Positions 1 through 10,663 of a stretch of 20,000 nt of DNA are shown in pieces. Position numbers and translations under genes: made by a program. The DNA comes from Neovahlkampfia damariscottae (Eukaryota): NCBI GenBank assembly GCA_016618085.1, contig JABLTG010000108.1, positions 47,675 through 67,674 on the forward strand. The letters are read 5' to 3'. The notes under the pieces are model-generated. The model searched no databases, was not told where the DNA came from, and worked only from the letters and a program-made list of their open reading frames with translations. The first letter of the stretch is position 1, and each line of letters starts with the position of its first letter.

Positions 1-477
1 TTGTTGAGAAAACTATCAATTCTCTTTATTTATACTTTGTTTGAGTTAATTTTAGAACCAACTTGAAAGATCAAATGCCCAATGAGAATGCTTCTTGAGT
101 TGATTGCATTTGATTGGTTTGATTTTTTCAATTGAAGCCTTGTGAGAAATGTGAAAGGGATGTCGCAAAGATCCTATTTTCGTCTTATATTGTTTCGATC
201 TTACTGATTTTAAAGTTTGGAAACTCAATGAAGAAGGTGAAAGAAGTCAATGAGAAAGGTAAGAATTATATATTGCAAAATATTTCTAAAAGCTAAAAAA
301 AATCTTGTTAGAACAAAGTTTCTCCATTTTTGGTGGTGCATGGTTCACTGTTCATAACCTTGAAACTAAAACTCATTGATTGGTCAATTATTTTGTAAAA
401 ATAGAATAACGAACATGAAAAATTAGTTCTTTTGTATTCTCCAATTATAAGTCTCCTTTGTTTCAAAGAAAAACAAA

Positions 478-3178
478 ATGGAATTTGGATCTAAATACTT
501 GCATGTGCCACAAACAGAATTATTGGAATATTTTGAAGAAAGTGAAATAATCCCAAAGGTTGAACCCAAACCAAAAATAAAAACTAGTGATTATGACAAA
601 AATGATGACTATGAAACATGTTTTGTGGATATTCTTGATACTGCTGGTCAAGAAGAATATTCTTCATTGAGAGACACTTACTATGTATGTTAAAAATACT
701 TTTTAATTTTCATTAGAGAACTGGAGATGGTTTTATAATCGTTTATAGTGTGATATGTAAGAGTTCATTCGAAGAAGCATTATCAATTTATGATCAAATA
801 TTAAGAGTTAAAGACGACGACTATTTTCCAAGCATTTTGGTTGGAAATAAATCAGATTTAAGTGATGAAAGAGTTGTTTCTGAAACTGAAGGAAAAAATG
901 AAGCCAAAAAAAGAGGAATTCTATTTTGTGAAACATCTGCAAAGTACAGAGAGAATATTGATGAAACATTTGAAGATTTAATTAGAGTTATTCCAAGAAG
1001 CGGAACAGAATATAAATTAGTCATTGTTGGTGATGGTGGAGTTGGAAAATCTGCTATTACTATTCAATATGTAAATACTAAATACTTTTTAATTCTATAG
1101 ATTCAAAATACATTTTTGGAGGAATATGATCCAACTATTGAAGACTCATACACTAAGTTGGTAAAAGTTTCAGGAATTCCAAGACCAACAAAGAAATTTG
1201 AAAAACAAGAATCAATCAACACAAATTCAATTTCAAACTTTTTTTCTTTTCTTTTACCAAAATCTGAACAAAAAAAGAAAGCATTTCCAACAGCATCACC
1301 AAATGTAATGATGTTAAATCTTTCATCAATTCAAGAAAAATGTCAAGAAAATTTAGAAATTGTTCAATGCAAGAATTCAAAATGTGGAGGAATTTTAAAT
1401 CATAAAAGTATCATCAACTACAAAACTAACAATTGGAAATGTGAATTTTGCAATACTAATAATAAAATAATAGAAATGAGTCTACCAAAATACTCAACTT
1501 TCGATTATGTGATTTCAGAAGGAAAGAGATTGAAAGATGATAAATTGATAATATTTCTTTTGGATATTAGTGGATCTATGAGTCAAAGTAATGAAATTCC
1601 AAAAGGATTTGGGTTGATGAAAATAAAAGCAATTGATGAAAGAAAAAGAAAATTTGAAGAATTAGGATTTGATGATATTGATTTTTCAAATCAAACAATC
1701 ACACATGTCACAAGAATGGAATCTCTTCAATCTGCAGTTCAACTTCAACTTGAAGAAATTTGTAAACAATACCCAAATAGAAGAGTACTTTTAATTACAT
1801 TCAATAACAAAGTTAATATTATTGGTGACGGAATAATAAAAGAACAAGTAGTCAAGGGAGACATTTTAGATGATCATGAAAAATTAGTTGAAATTGGAAA
1901 AAATTATGATCTCAAGAGTATTCAATCTGTTTTCGAAACAAAAGATAGTTGCAGTGAAAAAGTTTTTGACCTTTCTGAAGATGGAGCAACTGCACTTGGA
2001 CCTTCTTTATCAATTGCTTCAGGAATTTCGTCTCAAGTTGAATCATCAGAAATTATTCTTTGCACTGATGGAATTGCAAATATTGGAGTTGGATCTTCTA
2101 AAATGAACAAGTCTTTTTATGAAATTATTTCATTGATGGCAAAGGAAAATAATTCAACTCTTTCATTGATTGGAATTGAAGGAGAAGATTGTCAACTTTC
2201 AACTCTATCAGCATGTGCTGAAAAAACAAAGTAAGAATTTTATTTACTTATTTTATTAGTGGATCAATCAATATTGTAAAACCAATTGAACTTCAAAGAA
2301 AGATTCGATCGATTGTTGACAACTCAGTTATTTCTACAAATTGTAAGATATCCATCTTATCAAACCATGAAATCAAAATCAATGATCAAAATAAATTGGA
2401 TTTGGACATTGGAAATGTTATGAACGAACAAGATTTAACTTTCAAAATTAACGTTCCAAAGAAATATAATGTTAAAACTATTCCAATTCAAGTTCAAATT
2501 TCATTCACTGATTTAGAAGGTTCAAAGAAGATTAGAGTGATTACAAAAATGATTGATTTGACATCAGATATTAAGAAATGTGAACAAGAAGCAGATATAT
2601 CAATTTTAAGTTTATTTGCAATTCAAGAATCTTCAAGATTAGCTTCATCCAATTTTGAAGTTGGATTCTTACATTATTTATCATATTCAAGATTATTATC
2701 AAGATCATCAAAATCATCAACCCAAGTCGAAGAATTATCCATTTTTAAACAAAAAACTGAACAATTAAAAGATGAATTGATGAAACAAATCAAATTAAAA
2801 AATGAAAAATTGAATGATGAAACTACTAAAATTTTACATGAAAGTAAATCCACAACAAGAACTCTATTTTTATCTGGAGAAAGAAAAAGAAATATTGTTG
2901 CAAAAAGAAAAAATCATACTAAAGATGTTTCATTATTGACAAAAACAGATTTATCAAGAAAGTTAAAAGAAGAAATGGCGAAACAAAAAGAATTAGAAAA
3001 AGAATTAGAAAAAGAAATTGAATCAAAAACTTGTATTGTTTGTGAAGATAATCATATCAATTGTGTAATTGTACCATGTGGTCATCAAACTATTTGTTTT
3101 AAATGTTCTGAACAAATTAGTTCATGTCCAATTTGCAGAGGAAATATAAATCAAATTGTAAAAACCTATGGCAGATAA
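478..3178 (+). CDS. Circularly permuted Ras GTPase (cpRAS) - Sec23/24-type Zn finger - VWA domain - coiled coil - C-terminal C3HC4 RING; 869 aa, 4 exons
   Basis: Exons 478-684, 717-1070, 1101-2230, 2260-3178; GT-AG introns 685-716 (32 nt), 1071-1100 (30), 2231-2259 (29); spliced length 2610 nt, open throughout. Motif order DILDTAGQEEY (G3), VGNKSD (G4), ETSAK (G5), IVGDGGVGKS (G1), YDPTIEDSY (G2); CKNSKC...CEFC Zn finger; DISGSM MIDAS, ATALG, LCTDG; CIVC..PCGH..CFKC..CPIC RING. Confidence 0.93.
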
Positions 3179-3310
3179 AATACTTTTTGTTTTCGAAATT
3201 AATCTTAATTTTTCATTTTCACTTAAATCCTTCATTGAACTTTATCCACTGTTCATGCAAATGTGACCAGTTGGATGAAGTTCATTGAATTTTTCCACCA
3301 ATAGTTGAAC

Positions 3311-5859
3311 ATGAGCTCAATCTCAAATTATGCAACCAAAAAGAAACTTGGAAGCGGAAAACAAGGAACTGTTTTCTTAGTGGAACATAAAAAAACAAAA
3401 AAAGAATTTGCATTAAAGCGTATTCTTTGTCAGGATCTAAATGAAGCAAGTCAAGTTTTAAAAGAAACTTTTTTGTTGAAAAATTTGCAACATGAAGGCT
3501 TGATCGAAACAATAGATGGATTTTTAGACAAAACAGAAGATGATGAAATTTTCTTTTACACAGTCATGAATTATTATAAAAACGGAGATTTATCTGGAGA
3601 ATTAAAAAGAAAACGAGAAGATAATTCTTTTTTTAAAGAAATAGAATTAGTTGATTTTTTTAATCAATTAGCTTCTTGTGTTAATGCTATGCATAATTTT
3701 GATCTGATTCATCGTGATTTAAAACCAGAAAACATTTTATTAAGGTTAGAAATTTTTTAACATTGATTTTTGTCAAAGTGACGATATGAAATATTTGATA
3801 ATTTGTGATTTTGGTAGATTAAAGAAATATGAAATTGACATATCTATGTCTTTGGCTGGTACTATTCATTATGTTGCACCTGAAGTCATGAATGGTGAAA
3901 AATACAATCAATCGGTGGATATATTTTCTTTAGGTTGTGTTTTTTTGGAAATGACAACGTTATCAAAACAGATTTTATATATTCAATTACTTCAAAATGA
4001 AAAGAAAGTTTACAAAGAATTGAAACAACAAATTAAGGTATATAATTTATTAAGCTTTTTTAACATGATTTTAAGGTAAAAATCAATTTATTTGAAATAT
4101 ATAGGTATTAGGATATTCAAGTAAACTATGTGATCTGATCATTCAAATGATTCAATTAAAGCCAAATAATCGAATCACATCTGAAGAACTAAATCAAAAA
4201 CTGAAAGTATTATTGAAATTAGAAAAAGAAAAGGAAGAAAATATGTTTCAAATTCCAAATACAATACCTGGTGATGTGGTTGGATTGATTCTTCAATATT
4301 CAAGTGATTCAATATATCAACTATTTCAATATGGTTTTGTGTCAAAAGATTGGATGAACCATTCAATCAGAATTCGTCAATTACTGAAAAATAGATATTT
4401 TGTATCTGGATGTCATGTAATTGATAAGCATTCTTGTAAGATAGTCAAAATTCTTCCTGAAGTCAGTGAGGAATGGACTGACGGAATGAATTTTCATCAA
4501 TTCAATTATTTACATTGTCAACAAGATTCTGAATGTTTTTATTATATTAAAAAAGTTAAAAAATTAGACAAGAAAAAAGTACATGATTTACTGTTAAAAC
4601 ATCATTCGGAGCTGATCATTTTTCCAGATGACACAAAAATGAATCAAGATAGTTTTTTCATTTGGGAGTTACATTGCAAAGAAATTGGTAGTTCTTTTTG
4701 TAGATGGTACATTCCTTTGCCTTGTTGTATCAAAGGATCAACTTCTGGTGAACGTTTTTCATTAAAAACAAATTTGTTTCAAGATTCAAAATTTATCTTT
4801 GTTGTTCTTGAAAGGAGGATTTATGGATTTAGAAAATGTGACGGAAAACCATTCTTTATTCACAAAAGTTCCAGAGGTTTGAATGCATTTTGTACAACAC
4901 CGAACTATTTACTAATCGATGAAAGATCAGTAACAATGACTCACTCACTAATTTTCAAAAAACCTCAAGATTTGAAAAGCAAATTCAATTTGATTCAAGT
5001 AAAAGATTTCAATGGATATGTTTCAAATACAAATCCAACTTTTTATGGATATGAAAATCAATGGATGAAACGATATCATATTGATTATTTATTCACAGAA
5101 TTGAGATTTCCAAATGCTTTGTATAATAGTTTAGATGTTTTTGAGATTAAAGATACTGGAGTTATTTTGAGAAATAGTTTTAAAATTCAATCAGATAATC
5201 CAATGCAAATTAATCATGCTTGTATGGGTGTTCATCATTGGATATTCAGCGGGAATGCATCTTTAGAAAGAAGAGTTTATATATGTAATATGATAAGCGG
5301 AGAGATGATTATACCGGAAGATAAACAGGCCTATCATATGTGTGAATCTGATGACGGAAATTTAATTGGATCATGTTCTGCATGTGAAGGTCGATTAACT
5401 TTTTATCCAAAAAATGAATTAAAAAAGGATAAAAATCAAAAATATTTATGGATGATTGATTTTGTGGATCTCGAAAAATTCAATTATTACCCATTGTTTA
5501 CTTTCAAAATTATTGATGAAAATTTAATTTGTTTAATGTATGGAGGAAAAGGAGTCTATTTATATTCTATTAAATTGAAGAATGGAAATTTAGATTGGTC
5601 TTTGAAATTATCAAAAGAAGATGAACAATTCAATCATTTTGATGTTGGTTGCACAATGAAATATTTTGATGGTTTGATCTTCACAATTGTTTGTGTTAGA
5701 GGAATAGGCTTTTCTTATTGTATGATTGATTCAAAATCTGGTAGTCATTTGATTCAATACAGCTGTGAATGGAGTCAATGGGCGATTGATAAAGAAACTC
5801 TTATCCAATCACAACAAGTTCATGAATTAGAGTCAAAAAAAAATTGTGTTATTTCGTAA
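3311..5859 (+). CDS. Ser/Thr protein kinase (NEK-like) fused to an F-box-like motif and a beta-rich (probable propeller) C-terminus; ~815 aa
   Basis: Exons 3311-3744, 3779-4037, 4105-5859; introns 3745-3778 (34 nt) and 4038-4104 (67 nt). Kinase motifs GSGKQG, ALK, HRDLKPEN, DFG, GTIHYVAPE, DIFSLG, and LKPNNRIT completed only after splicing into the 4147 ORF. IPGDVVGLILQY...FVSKDW resembles an F-box. The propeller call is inferred from short beta-strand repeats. Confidence 0.85.
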
Positions 5860-5992
5860 ATAAAAATCATTATTTGAATCGCAATTCAACCAAGTCAGAT
5901 TTTGAACATACTCTAATTCATGAAAGAAAAACTGTTTTCGTCAATTGTTCTTTTGGTTCAAAATAATTCTGAGGAACAAAACAAAATTCATT

Positions 5993-8054
5993 TTATTTTG
6001 AAAGTACCCATTGTTGGTATGACTTTGTTTTTGTTACTTTCACTGGAACTGTCACAATTTTTGATTTTCTGACTGATTTATATTTTGTTAGCGTTCTGAC
6101 TCCATTGACATATTTGTATTTTGTCATAACTTTGTTGACTGTTACTCTCTTTGATTTGATGACATTTTTGTATTTTGTGACAGTTTTGAATTTTCTGACT
6201 TTTTTGTAAAGAGTCTTCATTACTTTTGTTTTAACAACTTTATATTTTCTGACATTTACTGTGACAACTTTTGAAATAGCTCCAATAATTTTATATTTTT
6301 TAACTCTTCTATAGGCATTGACATATAAATATTTGACTTTTGATTTGTATCTTTTTTGATTTTTATATTTTGTCACATATCTATATCTCTTGATGCTTTT
6401 GAGAACATATTTGTATTTGAAGAATTTGATTTTCTTGTATTTGGTAACAACTACATTTCTTGAAACAGTTCTCATTTTTTTGATGAATCTACGATTAACT
6501 CTTTTATAAATTGGAACTTGAACGGTTCTACGGACAACAACCCGATAAGGTATCTTTTTATAAACAGGAAGTTTCACTTTTACATAAGCTTTAACGTAGT
6601 ATGGCACTTTGGCTTTATAAGCAACTCTCACATAATAAGGTACTTTTACAATTTTTGGAACTTTCTTTTTATATCTTTGGTTGACATAATAAGTAACTTT
6701 CTTTCCACCTGTTTTAACAGTTTTCTTCGCTTTAATGACATAAGGAACTTTCTTTGGAATTGTGACAAGTTTTTTATATGGTTGATTGACATAATAAGCA
6801 ACATTAGCTTTATATGGAACTTTGACTGTGTATTTTTGATATGTTGTCACTGGAACAGTCACTTTATAAGGAACTTTTTTTTTATATGACTCTTTTGTTT
6901 GATATGGAACTTTAACTGTGTAGTAATGAGTTTTTTGTTTCATTTCTGTTGTTGTATAAGTTTTTTGCATAGTTTTCAATTCATAAATTTGACAAACACC
7001 TCTTGAGCAAACTCTTTTTTTTGTTGCTGAAATCATTGTAGTTCCATCTTGAGGTTTTGGTGCTGAATTTTTACAAACTGCGTCCATTTGTTGAAAATAT
7101 GCAGGAAATTTAACTAAATTTGATTTTAACATTCTATTTTGTTCCCATAAATTGTAGTCCGAAATTCTCATTGTGTTTGCATACCAATGTTTGAACCCTT
7201 CACAGTTACAAAAGTCTTTATATTCTCTTTTCATGTATAATTGTGAAATTGGTTGAATAACACTATTTTTTAAGTAATTATAATAATAAAGTTTGTTTCC
7301 TTGATTTGCCCAAGTTTGATAACGATACTCATTTAAGTATGCATAAAGACCTTTGAAAAATTTATTTTTTTTTTTTTCAAACCTGGATCAGCACTATAAT
7401 CAGAACCACCTGCTCTAAACATTCTTTGTTTATAATCTGCATCAAATTGTTTAAATTTTGCCATAACATCATTCAAAGTTGCGTGTCTTTCAGTACAAAT
7501 TCTTTTGAAACTTCTCATGACCCAAATTAAAGCAGCAAAAGACCCAGCAGCATCTTTTTTATCCTTTTCTATACCTGGAAGATCTCTTATATAGTATTCA
7601 TAATTCCAGTTCATTGAGAAAGAGGACCTTTGAAAACATGTTGTTCTATAGTTGAGACTGGTATTCCAAGGAATTTTGAAATGATTTGATTGAAGATTCC
7701 AAATAGTTGTTTAGTTTGTGGTGTTGCTTGATCATCTGCTCTTTTTACACAAACGTATCTGTAGGCTTGGTATTCTTCATACCATTTTTTATTTCTGTCA
7801 TCTGGATTTTGGTTTAATGTTTCATATTTGAGTAATGGAGCAAGATCAAAGAATTTTTTTGAACCGTCTGAGCACTTGACCATACAAACATTTCTATCAT
7901 AGCAATCAACAGTTCCTTCAGCCATCGCATCTAAAACTTTCTCTGTATCTTCAAGAGTAACAGCGTTTATAGTTTGTTCCGCACATCTAATTGGAACAGC
8001 TGTTATGGAAGAAATCAATAAAAAGGTGAAAAAGAGAAAAGACAGACGAGACAT
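5993..8054 (-). CDS. Secreted protein with a Cys-containing N-terminal region and a Lys/Val/Tyr-rich mirror-symmetric C-terminal tail; ~676 aa if one missing base near 7614 is restored
   Basis: Signal peptide MSRLSFLFFTFLLISSITA from ATG 8054. Intron 7351-7382 (32 nt, GTTTGA..AAAG) joins ADPG|LYAYLNEY in frame with the 7234 ORF. The ORFs 7611-8078 and 7333-7614 meet at CAATGA with no usable intron, i.e. a 1-nt frameshift. Confidence 0.75.
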
Positions 8055-8195
8055 TGACTCTAACTGTTGACCAATCAAATTGAAATTATATTTGATTGGT
8101 TCACCTTTAATTATTTTCGAATTTTTGATAATTTATCAATTTTTTTACATTTGTACAAAAAACGAAAATAAACCAATCAAATTATACAATTAAAA
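8055..8195. promoter_or_regulatory. 141-bp bidirectional promoter with three CCAAT boxes
   Basis: Divergent ATGs at 8054 (-) and 8196 (+); GACCAATCA (CCAAT 8071), TGATTGGTT (8095) and AACCAATCA (8173) match the NF-Y RRCCAATCA-type consensus. Confidence 0.65.
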
Positions 8196-9428
8196 ATGAT
8201 GAAGATAAGTGTGTTGAGTATTGTTCTGTTGATTTCAATCATTCAAACCAAGACTATTGAAGAAATGAAAAAAGATAAATTCATACCAACTTCAGAATTT
8301 CTCAACCTTGTCCCATCCATGAATGAATTTTATAGAATCATTCACCAAAACGACAAAGTTATTGTTTTGTTCACTTCATCCGATAAAAAATGCGTTACAT
8401 GTCAAAAATACAACAAAGTTTTTGATGAATTAACAAAGCCCTTACAAACAAATTATAAAGTTCTATCAGTTGTTTGTTCAAAACACGCTCTGTCACCAAT
8501 ATGTGCAAAGAACAATATAAAATCTGTACCACAAATAAGAATATTTAAATATGCACAAACAGAAGAATTTGAACCAGGATTCAAAACAACAACTAAAGTA
8601 AAAAAAAAAAAAAAAAATTCACATCAACGCTATTAGAATCTTGAAAAAATAATGAAACAACCAGAGTTAAAAATTACAACAAAAGAAAAATTGAGTATTT
8701 TACTTGAAAAAAAAAGAAAACAACCTTTTTTCGTAGCAAAATTCCAAAAAGAAAATGATGCTTGGAATTTCAACTTCAGAAGGGTTGTTAAAAATGATCA
8801 TTTTATAATATCACTAAACCTGTATGAATTATTTGACAGTACCATCATGGAACCATCAATAGAATTATACAAACCAAATTCAAAAAAACCAATTATTTTG
8901 AAGGCTGACAACTTCAACATGATGAAACAATTCGTCATAAAAAATATAATTCCTGGACATATTACTCTTAAGGAATTCCAAGATAACCAGTATCAACAAT
9001 CAGGTCTGCCATTTATAGCAATATCTTATGAAAGTGTTAAAAAATACAACAAGATGATAAAACCGGCAGTTGAAGAAATTTCAAAAGCAAAAAAAAACCA
9101 AGCTATTTTCTTTAGTTATTCAGATGATGAGAATAGTCACGAACTTCCTGAATATTTAAGAGCTATTTGCAAAAAAATTGACGGATTTACAATGATGGCA
9201 TTAGACACTGAAATTCAACATGTTAGATGTTTTCATGGTTCCAAATTGGATCGAAATAGCATAATTTCATGGGTGAATCAATTGATCACAAAGCAAATTC
9301 GAATCAAAGAAGAACTGACTGAAAATGAAGGTTTTTCTGCTGAAGAGTACACAGCTGATGAAGAAAGAGAAGAATTTCATGGAAATAGAGAAGAAAAAGG
9401 TTCAAATAAACACCAAGGAGTTGAGTAA
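8196..9428 (+). CDS. Protein disulfide isomerase-like / thioredoxin-fold secretory pathway protein; 397 aa
   Basis: Exons 8196-8597, 8637-9428; intron 8598-8636 (39 nt, phase 0). Signal peptide; thioredoxin domain VIVLFTSSDKKCVTCQKY...NNIKSVPQIRIFK; downstream b/b'-like segments; acidic tail; no KDEL-type signal seen. Confidence 0.78.
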
Positions 9429-9479
9429 ACTATTCGTTGGTCAAAAACTAATTTCATAAAATTGATTTTATTTCAAGAG

Positions 9480-10422
9480 TTATTTGCAACCAAAGGGCAT
9501 ACCATCTCTGAGTTTGAATCCTAAATATTGTATGTGATCATCAACACCTGTAGGAATTAAGATTTGTCTGCTGCACTCCTTGTCTTCTCCATCAGTTGGT
9601 GAGCAAATTACAAATTGTTCATCATTTTTTGGAAACCAAATTTCTCTTGTTGCATGATGGTACTGGATCAATGTTGGTGGTAATCTTGCTACAATATCCT
9701 TTTTGTTTACAACTCTCCATTTTTTTTTGACCATTTGATCAAAGTATTTGGAAAATGCTTTGTTACCAATTCTAGGTTTTCCAAATGTGATTAATTCAAC
9801 TCTATCAGCATACCCATCTATTGCAACCATCAAAGCACCTTTTAATTTTAATAATTATTCTTTAGAGTTACCTATTGCTGCTAAAGCTCCTCCTCTTGAA
9901 TGACCAGTGAAGATAATTTTTTTGTTTTTTGGTAATGTGCCTAATCTTGCAAGGACAGTTTGATGAAGATTCTTATAATCATCATAAAATCCAACATGTA
10001 CTTTTGCACCTGGTACGTCCATAAAATCCTTCTTAATTCCAAATCTGAGGTTTGAGATCCAATTCCTTATGCTTTTGATTTTAGTTCCTCTGAAAGAAAT
10101 CACAACTTTGAATGCGTTTAAGAATTGAATTTGACTTACTGTCTTTTTCAGATTCTCCAATGAAACCAAAAGTGTCAGTTTTCACATCAACCAAGTACTT
10201 CCTCATTTCAAGTTTGTTCCTTACTTTTTTGCACCAATGGCATGTCCAAATTGCCAACTCCGTAGGATAACAATTTGCTGAATACGAGATGAGAAGATGT
10301 TGTTTCATGATGTCAAGTGATTTAGAGTCTGTGAAGTTCTTTTCTCCTGTTCGGAGTTCAAGATCAGTAGCAATACAGCAAGTAACTAGCAGAAGAACAA
10401 AGATTAATGTTTTTCCGTACAT
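9480..10422 (-). CDS. Secreted class 3 lipase (fungal-type alpha/beta hydrolase); 291 aa
   Basis: Exons 10422-10140, 10105-9872, 9838-9480; introns 10106-10139 (34 nt) and 9839-9871 (33). Signal peptide, IVISFRGT, VHVGFY, TGHSRGG nucleophile elbow, TFGKPRIGN, DIVARLPP, DHIQYLG. Confidence 0.93.
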
Positions 10423-10600
10423 GTTTCGCCCGCCAATCAAATGTTACAAATTTATTAGAAGAAAGTTCGAAATAAAAAAGAGATGAAAAAAAACTCCGCC
10501 AATAAGAGATGTCTCAATTTTTTTTCTGATTGGTGAAAATTCTAGAAGCTCAAATTCGACCCTTTTTGGAATCAACTCCTCATTCAATTGGTCAAAATGA
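10423..10600. promoter_or_regulatory. CCAAT-box cluster upstream of the lipase gene
   Basis: CCAAT/ATTGG at 10433, 10499, 10529 and 10587. Confidence 0.55.
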
Positions 10601-10663
10601 GGAAATACAGAAAATCTCAGAACAATGAATCCATTTATCTATTTACAAATTTTATTCATCTTT

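Noticed and set aside
1..380. Plus-strand frame from 56 interrupted only by five TGA codons (...EAL*EM*KGCRKDPIFVLYCFDL...) plus an intron-like GTAAGA..AAAG at 259-292, suggesting a selenoprotein or TGA=Trp recoding
   Set aside because: Another frame in the same stretch is also interrupted only by TGA, no SECIS could be identified, and the intact genes use TGG for Trp with no internal TGA. It is more likely a decayed gene end, and no gene model can be supported.
7628..7658. Possible 31-nt intron GTCTCA..AAAG to repair the hairpin-gene frameshift
   Set aside because: The donor is atypical, the sequence is less AT-rich than the real introns, and its removal enters the wrong frame and hits a stop.
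8599..8617. Long poly-A/poly-T runs (also 7365-7377 and 14152-14166) as possible retro-insertion tails
   Set aside because: All lie inside normal-sized introns and lack target-site duplications; simple slippage tracts.
9885..9910. Lipase nucleophile motif GHSRG instead of GHSLG
   Set aside because: It still fits GxSxG with the Asp and His motifs present; ordinary variation.
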